This document shows positions 10,067 through 17,929 of a stretch of 26,614 nt of DNA, piece after piece. The notes beneath the pieces are model-generated. The model had not been told where the DNA came from. It saw only the letters and a list, made by a program, of their open reading frames with translations, and did no database searches. The position numbers and the translations under genes were made by a program. The stretch's first letter is position 1. Every line of letters starts with the position of its first letter. Source of the stretch: Candidatus Hodarchaeota archaeon (GTDB lineage: Archaea; Asgardarchaeota; Heimdallarchaeia; Hodarchaeales; Hodarchaeaceae); the NCBI GenBank assembly GCA_029856365.1, contig JAHQWW010000043.1, positions 1-26,614 of the forward strand. Reading direction: 5' to 3'.

Positions 10067-10201
10067 CCAGGAAAAGTTGAGATTTCGATGTTTAGTCAAA
10101 ATAAGGGCGTGTGACAATAATGCCATTCCCTTGGAACCATATTCTCATGGCATTTGAAATTTTCATTGTATCACACCAAGTTTCGACAAGAAGATTCCTG
10201 G
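10067..10201 (-). ncRNA. Candidate structured 5' leader / cis-regulatory RNA
   Basis: Nested helices CCAGGAA/TTCCTGG, GTCGAAA/TTTTGAC (G-U pair), GTGTGA+CAAT/ATTG+TCACAC and AATGCCAT/ATGGCATT, lying between a TATA box and the RBS. Confidence 0.5.
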
Positions 10202-10233
10202 ATTCTCCTTGCAAGTATGCTTTTTATACTCGA

Positions 10234-10249
10234 GGTTAAAAGCTTTCCC
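10234..10249 (-). promoter_or_regulatory. BRE/TATA promoter for the leader plus zinc-finger operon
   Basis: Minus strand reads GGGAAAGCTTTTAACC; a second TATAAAAA lies at 10221-10228. Confidence 0.55.
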
Positions 10250-10417
10250 GTTCCCGCAAAATGAGATGCAACACAGAAATCTAGATGACTAAAGAAAGCT
10301 TGAGACAGAAATTTCTTGACAATAACGAAGAGATTGTGGAATTAGGACATATTAAGAGATATTTGAAGGCTTAAAATCAAAAATAGTAGAAAAAAAATTC
10401 ATTTCTGTATTTTTCTT

Positions 10418-10558
10418 GTGATAGCTCGTGAATTAGGAATCCCTGCTGTTGTTGGTTGTGGTGACGCAACCATGCGTTTACAGACAGGTGATCGTGTGGT
10501 TGTCGATGGTGGACGGGGTATTGTTAAGATTTTAGAATCTACCAAATCGGTTTTATAA
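10418..10558 (+). pseudogene. C-terminal stub of a PEP-utilising enzyme mobile (phosphohistidine) domain gene
   Basis: VIARELGIPAVVGCGDATMRLQTGDRVVVDGGRGIVKILESTKSVL*. It begins just after the position of the catalytic SH motif, which is absent. Confidence 0.88.
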
Positions 10559-10588
10559 TGATGAATGCTAATCTGAAAATAAACCAAA

Positions 10589-13006
10589 TTAAATTTTCTC
10601 AAATTCCAGTTTTATTTTTTGATGGTCAATCATTTCGATTTGTAATTGGTACAAGGTACCCCAAGTTATGTGTTGCTCAGAAAAAGGATATTGTACTGAT
10701 TTCAGTTTATAATTCTTAGGAAATAATATAAATAGGTCTCCACTGTGATCCCCTCGTTGTTCAAGGGTTAATTCAAGACAATTAGAATTAATTTCTATTC
10801 GTTTTATCTCTTCACATCCTTGTAAAATATGTAATGTTGATGAGAGTACAAGAGGAAGTTGCTGATCTTCAAAAGGAATAATCCCGAGATATTGACAACT
10901 ATGTGGGGGAATGTCAAGTGGAGGAGAAGATTCATTATAAGAACAACATCCGAGTAATCTCTCTTTCCACCAATCAAAAATTAGATAGTGTTTACAGATG
11001 GTCGTATCCTTAAGAATATCCTTTAAAATAAAATTTCTTTTAACTGGTTCGTCATTCCAGTTAATAATCGCAAGTAAGGCACGTTTTCCTAATGCTGTTT
11101 CTGTTTCCAAAAGATAGAGTGTTGGTAGAGGTTTGTATAGAGTATCAATCGGGAGCGCTGTATCGGAGTATGGTGGCATTAATTTTAAAGCTAGTTTTAG
11201 TCTCTCTTTCTCCAATTTTGTCATATCATCTGAAAGTAATAATTGCCCACCCGTTAATCCAAATATTGTACACTGGAGTTTAATCTCCTCGTTGGTTAGT
11301 TCACTATTTTTCTTTCTTACGATCAAACAATCGGGATCATTAACCCAAAAATTCTTATGCATGAAGGAACGGTTAATACTTCCGATGAGAGCATATTTTA
11401 GACAAGGGTTTCCATAAATGGGGTCATCTTCAGTATCCCACAATTCTTTTGTGTCTTCACTGACTCTCATGGCATCAACAAGACCTATACTTGGGCCTAA
11501 GGGAGCCCCACAACCAAGGAGATACTTCCTTTTCCCCATAGTTTTTCTAATCAGGTTTATTCCCTCACGGTAGATTTGAGCGCGAGTCAATCCTTTCTTG
11601 TGGAATTGACTCTCAAAAACAGAAGCAGCGTAAACAAAGTCAATTTTGATGAAATCAAATTGCCACTTATTTACAATGGTGTTGACAAGATTTTCTATGT
11701 GAATTTGAACTTCAGGACAGGTTAAATCTAAAGCATATTCTATTTGATCCCAATTATAACAGACAGGTAAGAGCTCTTGATCTTTCTTTGACCGTAAAAA
11801 CCATTCAGGATTTTTTTGGAATAATTCTGAATTCTCGGCTGCAAAAAAAGGAGCAATCCAAATTCCAGCAGCTTTATTTTGTCTATGAGTCAAATCTACA
11901 AAATCAGAAAGACCATCTAGAAATTTATCATTAAAGGAAGTATAATCTCCAATCGCTGTAAAATAACCATCGTCGAGTTGTAACATATCAATAGGAATGT
12001 CTTGTGATTGTTCGAAAAATTTCGCATTTGAAAGCAATTCTGCGTTTGAAATATCAGTATAATAATAATACCAGCTACACCAGCCTACTTTCGGCTCCTG
12101 AATTTGGACATTCATTCTTTTACCAGTTACTTTGGCATACTTGACTAATCCTAAGTAACCTTGGCCTTGCGATTTAAAACTGACAAGTAATTCTTCTGAA
12201 CTTATAGGTTGTTTTCTTATTTGGTTTATTGGAATATCATCATACTGAGAGTATGCAGATAACCAAGAAATTTGCGAGGGCCCGCTGAATTGATCCATAA
12301 CAATTCGTGAGAAAGAGTTTGCTAGTGTACAAAATCCAAGTATTAGACTCCCCTTACTCTCTATATCAGAAATTGCAGTAATAAACTCCGACATGTATCG
12401 TCCATTGATTAGATTATCCTTATTCTGATGAATAGAAGCAATAACATCTACTATTATTGGTTGAAAAGCTTCTTCATAAGTACGGGTCTTTGTATAACTC
12501 CAACTTTGGAAACCTTGCTCAAAAAAAGTCACATTTTCTGGACGAGTCTCTGAATTCTCATTCAATATTAGAGTTCCATTCATAATCCTTAGTGGCGCTA
12601 ATGAATGTAAAGCATATGAGAGGGACTTAGCAATGTTCTTTGGGATAATCAGTTGCAAAATACAAAAATCATGGTTTTCATACAGAGTAATACTTAATTG
12701 CGCTTTAATTTCTATCTTTCTAATTTTAGAAGCATCAGTAAAAATTAAATCAAATAAAACTTGTCTTCCTGTTCCAATTTCGTCTGAAATTACAGTTTCA
12801 GAGAATGAAATCTTGTCTGGGACTTTAGGAATTAAGGGGATAATCTTATTGTCGTCAAGAAGGTTAATTGCAGGAGTAATACCATCGATGTTAAAATTTG
12901 TGGTTAAAGATGAAATTTTCATTTTTTTATTTGATTTTAGTATCTTGATTTGGATTGCATCTCCTTGGATTGCAATAGTTTCATTATTTTCAAATAGGTT
13001 TATCAT
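10589..13006 (-). CDS. GH36 alpha-galactosidase
   Basis: GWCSWY, QLDDGY, GIWIAPF, KIDF nucleophile, GCGAP, MRVSED acid/base and NDPDC motifs; no signal peptide. Confidence 0.93.
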   Translation of the reverse strand: MINLFENNETIAIQGDAIQIKILKSNKKMKISSLTTNFNIDGITPAINLLDDNKIIPLIPKVPDKISFSETVISDEIGTGRQVLFDLIFTDASKIRKIEIKAQLSITLYENHDFCILQLIIPKNIAKSLSYALHSLAPLRIMNGTLILNENSETRPENVTFFEQGFQSWSYTKTRTYEEAFQPIIVDVIASIHQNKDNLINGRYMSEFITAISDIESKGSLILGFCTLANSFSRIVMDQFSGPSQISWLSAYSQYDDIPINQIRKQPISSEELLVSFKSQGQGYLGLVKYAKVTGKRMNVQIQEPKVGWCSWYYYYTDISNAELLSNAKFFEQSQDIPIDMLQLDDGYFTAIGDYTSFNDKFLDGLSDFVDLTHRQNKAAGIWIAPFFAAENSELFQKNPEWFLRSKKDQELLPVCYNWDQIEYALDLTCPEVQIHIENLVNTIVNKWQFDFIKIDFVYAASVFESQFHKKGLTRAQIYREGINLIRKTMGKRKYLLGCGAPLGPSIGLVDAMRVSEDTKELWDTEDDPIYGNPCLKYALIGSINRSFMHKNFWVNDPDCLIVRKKNSELTNEEIKLQCTIFGLTGGQLLLSDDMTKLEKERLKLALKLMPPYSDTALPIDTLYKPLPTLYLLETETALGKRALLAIINWNDEPVKRNFILKDILKDTTICKHYLIFDWWKERLLGCCSYNESSPPLDIPPHSCQYLGIIPFEDQQLPLVLSSTLHILQGCEEIKRIEINSNCLELTLEQRGDHSGDLFILFPKNYKLKSVQYPFSEQHITWGTLYQLQIEMIDHQKIKLEFEKI

Positions 13007-13204
13007 ATCTGGTCACTTATTGATGATGTTTGAAGGTCGTGAATAAAAGACTTTTAAATTCAGGGCAAACCAATTATCCATTATTTCAAACCTATAGATG
13101 ACGGTGGGTCGAAAGATATGGAATATGGAAAGGTTTTACGACACTTTTCTGAAAATCTAGTTCATATAACTATCAGACAATTTAAAAAGTAACAAACCTC
13201 TCCC

Positions 13205-14194
13205 TCACTGCATATTCTTCGAATTCTTCATAACAATGCTTAGTTTCTTCGTATTAAGAGTCATTAAATTGATAAATACATCAATAGTAATCATAAATAT
13301 TCCCAAGAGTAAGATTAAAGGTGCTTTACTAATCAATCCTCCTGCTAAGTAAAATCCAAAGTAGCTTAAATGAAAAAAAGTGAAAATTATAGGAGGTAAC
13401 AGATCAGTATCCTTTTCCACAATAGGTTTTGATTGACTAAAAACCACAAGAAGAGTCATACTAGCCAAAATCATTACATAAGCAAGTATTAATAATCCCA
13501 TCAAGCCTGTTGGGATATTGCTATCATAAATACTCAAAATGTCAATTAATATATATACAGGGAGTGGAAGGATATGGAATGATAGAAATAAAGGTAAATA
13601 TGATAAAAAGGGGATAATTAGGAAATATAGTACTGATAAAATTAAAGGAACATCGAATTTATTCTTAATTCCTTTTTCCTCTAATCGTAACATAGCTGAA
13701 AAAATAAGTACAACAAAAAACCATCCAACAAAGTTCCCATAATTAACCCCAAAAAAACTATTTAAAGTAGGGGACGTCTCTATAGGGATACCAATCCAGG
13801 TCCAAAAACCACCATCAAGACGAATAGCAATAGTATCCATAGATAAATCTATAGTTAAAGCCAGAAACCCATCTAATATTGGACGTGACCATTCAGGAAT
13901 ATTAATGACCTTGTTAGAAACCTTCATACACGCATAAATAATCAAACCCCAACATAATCCAATGCATATAGGTATGTTGTCAGGAGGAGATCCAAGTTGA
14001 ATAAAGAATTCAGGGGAGTATGTATAGGTTTGCATTACTTGTACATTCATAAATTCAAGAGTCACCCCAAAAAAACTCCCACTAACAATTTGAGCTATTG
14101 ATTGGTAATCTCTCTTCATGAAACATAGGTAGGATACAATACCAAAGAACAATAGGAAAGCTGATGATTCTGCAAATATCGTAAAAAGACCCAT
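13205..14194 (-). CDS. CruF/DUF422 (carotenoid 1,2-hydratase-like) membrane protein with extra C-terminal TM helices
   Basis: LE...YTY...IP..IGLCW, DLSMD..A....FWTW and FFGVNYGNFVGW motifs. Confidence 0.75.
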   Translation of the reverse strand: MGLFTIFAESSAFLLFFGIVSYLCFMKRDYQSIAQIVSGSFFGVTLEFMNVQVMQTYTYSPEFFIQLGSPPDNIPICIGLCWGLIIYACMKVSNKVINIPEWSRPILDGFLALTIDLSMDTIAIRLDGGFWTWIGIPIETSPTLNSFFGVNYGNFVGWFFVVLIFSAMLRLEEKGIKNKFDVPLILSVLYFLIIPFLSYLPLFLSFHILPLPVYILIDILSIYDSNIPTGLMGLLILAYVMILASMTLLVVFSQSKPIVEKDTDLLPPIIFTFFHLSYFGFYLAGGLISKAPLILLLGIFMITIDVFINLMTLNTKKLSIVMKNSKNMQ

Positions 14195-14466
14195 CTTTAA
14201 ACCTTCAGAGTCAATATTATGTTGAGTGAATTCTTTTTTATTCTTTTTTGTATTAATTCAATTTTTGTAGTAGAATTATGGCTTCTACGAAATTTATAAT
14301 TCAGTTCGTAATCATACTTTAGAAAACACGTTTAAATCTTAAGAACAAGTAATAAAAGTATCCTTTTTAAAAAAGAAGTTTCATCAAACATTAATGATAA
14401 GAATTCATAATAAAATATTAAAGTTAAAGGATATGTCAATTCATTATTAAGAACGGAGATTATATC

Positions 14467-16131
14467 ATGAATATTATCAAGGGGTTCCCTGCTACCTCGC
14501 AGGTCAGTTATCAGCTGAATGTAACAAACATTCTCAAACATGGGGCAAGGAGTTTTGGTAAGCAGGAAATTGTAAGTAAGAAACATGATGGAACTTTTTT
14601 TCGCTATACATATAGGGATGCTTATGAACGTGTGACATGCTTAGCTAATTCAATAAATTCTCTAGATATTGGAATAGGAGATAAAATTGGTGTTCTCTCT
14701 TGGAATACTTACCAGCACTTCGAGATTTACTTTGGCATTCCTGGGACTGGAGCTGTCATGCTTCTCTTGAATCTACGGCTCGCTCCGAAAGAATTAAGTT
14801 ATGTTGTGAACCATGCAGAAGCAAAATTCATTTTTGTTGACGAAAACCTGCTTTATATTGCTGAAGAAATTGCTCCTTTCTGTAAAACCGTGAAAGGATA
14901 TGTAATCATAACTGATAAAAGGTTAAGCGATCTCTCTACACCCCTCGAGCCAGTCTACAGCTATGAAGAGATTTTAAGTAATGCCACACCTGAATACAAA
15001 TGGCCGAATATAGATGAAACCTCTGCTTATTCGGCTTGTTATACCAGTGGTACAACTGGAAGACCAAAGGGAATATATTATTCACATCGCGATGTTTATC
15101 TCCAAGCATTGATATATGCCGCTAATGCTTCAATATCAATACAAGATTGCGTTTTCCAAGTTGTACCCATGTTTCATGTCCTTGGTTGGGGTACACCTTA
15201 TGCTGCTACTTTAGTAGGAGCTAAACTCGTTTTCCCTGGCCGATATAATCTTAATGATCTCGAAGACCTCACAAAGATTCTTGTTCAGGAAAACGTAACA
15301 ATATCTAATGGAGCCCCTGCCATCTTGATGCCACTGTTAGAACATATTAGAAAACTGGATTCAAGACCCGATTTATCTGCTGTTCGTTTTATATCAGGAG
15401 CTTCTGAACCTCCCATCGCAATGATGAAAGGTTTTTGGGATTTAACTGGAGCTGAAATCATTCATTCCTATGGTTCTACTGAAGCCCATGCTATTGTAAC
15501 TTTAAATCGTGTCGTTCCAGCGTTAGAGAAGGAGTTCTTCGAAGAAGAAAGATGGGATTTCAAGAGGAAACAAGGATATATTGTCGTAGGACTTGATGTG
15601 AAAATAGTGGATGAGAATGGGAACGAACTTCCCCATGATGGCAAATCAGTGGGAGAAGTCCTTCTCCGTGGGCCTTGGGTCTCTGGGAGTTATTATAACG
15701 CTCCAGGTTCTGAGGTTCAATTCACCGATGACGGATATTTTCGAAGCGGTGATGCAGGAACTATCGATTCTGAGGGATTTCTGAAGATCACGGATCGACT
15801 CAAAGATCTAATTAAAAGTGGTGGAGAATGGATCTCTTCAGTAGACATGGAAAACTCACTGGTTTCATATCCTGCAATCCTTGAGGCAGCAGTTGTTGGA
15901 TGCCCTCATCCTAAATGGCAAGAACGGCCATTAGCTTTAGTAGTCTTAAGAGACGAATTCAAAACAAAAGTAACAAAGGATGAAATCAAAGAACACCTTG
16001 CTGAGAAATTTGCGGAATGGCAGCTCCCTGATGAGATTCGATTCGTGAAGAGAATATTAAAGACAGGTGTTGGAAAGATAGACAAGAGAACAATACGAAT
16101 GCAGTATAAGGACATCTATACAAGTAAGTAA
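14467..16131 (+). CDS. Fatty-acyl-CoA ligase (AlkK/DmdB-like AMP-binding enzyme)
   Basis: YTSGTTGRPKG, YGSTE, RSGD, DRLKDLIKSGGEWISS, HPKWQERP and GKIDK motifs. Confidence 0.94.
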   Translation: MNIIKGFPATSQVSYQLNVTNILKHGARSFGKQEIVSKKHDGTFFRYTYRDAYERVTCLANSINSLDIGIGDKIGVLSWNTYQHFEIYFGIPGTGAVMLLLNLRLAPKELSYVVNHAEAKFIFVDENLLYIAEEIAPFCKTVKGYVIITDKRLSDLSTPLEPVYSYEEILSNATPEYKWPNIDETSAYSACYTSGTTGRPKGIYYSHRDVYLQALIYAANASISIQDCVFQVVPMFHVLGWGTPYAATLVGAKLVFPGRYNLNDLEDLTKILVQENVTISNGAPAILMPLLEHIRKLDSRPDLSAVRFISGASEPPIAMMKGFWDLTGAEIIHSYGSTEAHAIVTLNRVVPALEKEFFEEERWDFKRKQGYIVVGLDVKIVDENGNELPHDGKSVGEVLLRGPWVSGSYYNAPGSEVQFTDDGYFRSGDAGTIDSEGFLKITDRLKDLIKSGGEWISSVDMENSLVSYPAILEAAVVGCPHPKWQERPLALVVLRDEFKTKVTKDEIKEHLAEKFAEWQLPDEIRFVKRILKTGVGKIDKRTIRMQYKDIYTSK

Positions 16132-16244
16132 ATAAGACAGTAAAACAAAAAAGAAAGGTTGTCCGAAAACAAATTAAAAGTAATCTACTATTCAGATTTA
16201 CTCTTATTATTAATTTGTAACTCCCTCTTGACTTCCTCCCGGTA

Positions 16245-16607
16245 CTATTCCTTTTTATAAATGGGATAAGTGCGTTGTAGTTCATATATATTGTTTTTTA
16301 TTGCCTTTGATAATTGATAACCTTTGGGGATTGAACATTCATCATGGATGAAGGGCTTTCCAGTGATAAAAATTGGATAATATTTACAATATAGAGGTTT
16401 TTGCTGATGAATTGAACATTGATTATTCTTCAAGTAAGGACATCCTTGAGTTGTGTAGAAAATTCCTCCATTTTTTACTTGTTTAAATTCTTCTGAATAA
16501 TTCTTAAAAAGATGAATTTCATCTGGATTGAGAATGATATAAACATCAATGCAGCAATCATTATCATTTCTTCCTATACAATCACGACAAATATTTTTGT
16601 TACTCAT
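16245..16607 (-). CDS. YkgJ family cysteine-cluster (CxxC..CC) protein
   Basis: CRDC...DCC and CPYLKNNQCSIHQQKPLYCKYYP. The frame continues 18 codons past the TAG, to 16188. Confidence 0.85.
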   Translation of the reverse strand: MSNKNICRDCIGRNDNDCCIDVYIILNPDEIHLFKNYSEEFKQVKNGGIFYTTQGCPYLKNNQCSIHQQKPLYCKYYPIFITGKPFIHDECSIPKGYQLSKAIKNNIYELQRTYPIYKKE

Positions 16608-17246
16608 AAAATACCTCTGGAAATTTGGTGTTTTACTTTCTTAAGAAGATTAAATCTATTATTCTGTGCTGCTAAAGTTTACTTCGCACTCGATCAATTA
16701 GAAATTTAAACAAATGACCAAATCTTAGGTTCACGTCATCACACTCTTTTTCTTTAGGTTTTTTCTCTTCCTGATTGACTATATCAACCCATTCAAGATA
16801 TGATTTGGTTCAAATCTCCTCGATACCGTATTCTTTTTTGATCTTTTCCATCTCTGGATATAATTGAAAATGATTACCATAAAATTTACTTATTGTGGGA
16901 TCTTGAAAGATAATTAAGGGGGGGAATGAAAAATGATTTACTGAAGATTGGGTGAGATTTGATGGTGTATCACCCAAATAAGGAATAATTATGTGTTCGA
17001 ATCTAATAGTTTTTCCTAAAAATGTTAGAGTAGTTGATTTAAATGTGCTTGAGTAGTTTGGGATAACTTGTTGTGTGTGACCTGTTCCATGAGTTCAATG
17101 ATGTAACATTTTTCCATAATATGTTCCGAAAGGATTGATTCGCTATTAAAAAGTCCTTTAAAGGCATAATTTCAATAGGCATAATTGTGTAGAACAGATT
17201 ATTGTATAATTTTGGGATTAGATTATTTCTTGGTGAAATAATTTCG

Positions 17247-17555
17247 TTATGCATCCCTGTGTTTGATGTCAGGCTTGGTATGAGATTCATTTTGGTAATG
17301 TAGAGTCTTAAGTAATATTAGAGTCCCTGATATTAATAATCCTACTCCTACAAAGCCTAAAAAGGATATTTGAGTTAAAATGAGTAGATCCTTCTTTTGA
17401 AGGGGATCTGTAGCAGAATAGGTTGATATAGAAAACGAATTTAAAAACCCTAAAATGAACATGAAAATAAAATTGAAGATACCCCAACCGAAAAATAACC
17501 TTCCTAGGTAGTTCAGTCTTTTCATACTTACCTTCTGCTGTATCATCTCTCTCAT
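17247..17555 (-). CDS. Small two-TM hypothetical membrane protein
   Basis: Two hydrophobic segments; AGGAG RBS and TTTATAA box upstream. Confidence 0.65.
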   Translation of the reverse strand: MREMIQQKVSMKRLNYLGRLFFGWGIFNFIFMFILGFLNSFSISTYSATDPLQKKDLLILTQISFLGFVGVGLLISGTLILLKTLHYQNESHTKPDIKHRDA

Positions 17556-17628
17556 CTATCTAAAACTCCTATTAAAAAAGGAAGGAAACCGAGCTTATAA
17601 ATTTCATGTTGAAAATTGGATAAAACTG

Positions 17629-17874
17629 AATATCAGGCTGATATTTTTGTTGAAGTTGGACAGACCAATACAAATCACTATAATCCTAAGAAATCCTTAT
17701 TTTACCATCACAGAATCCCTCATCCTCACATTTATTAATAGAGTCTAATATCTGTTGCATTATTTTTAGATCTAGTCCAAAACCGTCTGTACCTATTGAA
17801 TCTCCCCGATACGAGTGATAATAGTTTATATGGGGTGACAAAACGAAGTATATCTGTTTATCTTGCAGTTCCAA
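17629..17874 (-). pseudogene. N-terminal stub of a NodB/GH57/GH38-like (polysaccharide deacetylase fold) protein, with an internal TAG
   Basis: GAGGT RBS; first beta-strand YFVLSPHINYYHSYRGD with a His-rich motif. Protein-like sequence continues past TAG 17686 (KIRIS*DYSDLYWSVQLQQKYQPDI) and then breaks into the next gene's promoter. The family call is from pattern recognition only. Confidence 0.55.
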
Positions 17875-17929
17875 AATCGATTACCTCTCAAGATAAGTTT
17901 GAGGATCTTATGGCTTTTTAAGGAATTAC

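Noticed and set aside
10067-10201. Identification of the structured RNA as tRNA, SRP RNA or hammerhead ribozyme
   Set aside because: No cloverleaf, too short and AT-rich for SRP RNA, and no CUGAnGA core.
10399-10602. 67-aa minus-strand ORF
   Set aside because: Antisense shadow of the PEP-utiliser stub.
16710-16745. Possible SECIS (ATGAC...GTCAT) downstream of the in-frame TGA at 16810
   Set aside because: The stem is too short, lacks tandem GA pairs with a proper upper helix, and the TGA context is not a redox motif.
17039-17290. 83-aa ORF as an intact gene
   Set aside because: No motif, it overlaps the upstream gene, and competing frames look equally protein-like; treated as decayed sequence.
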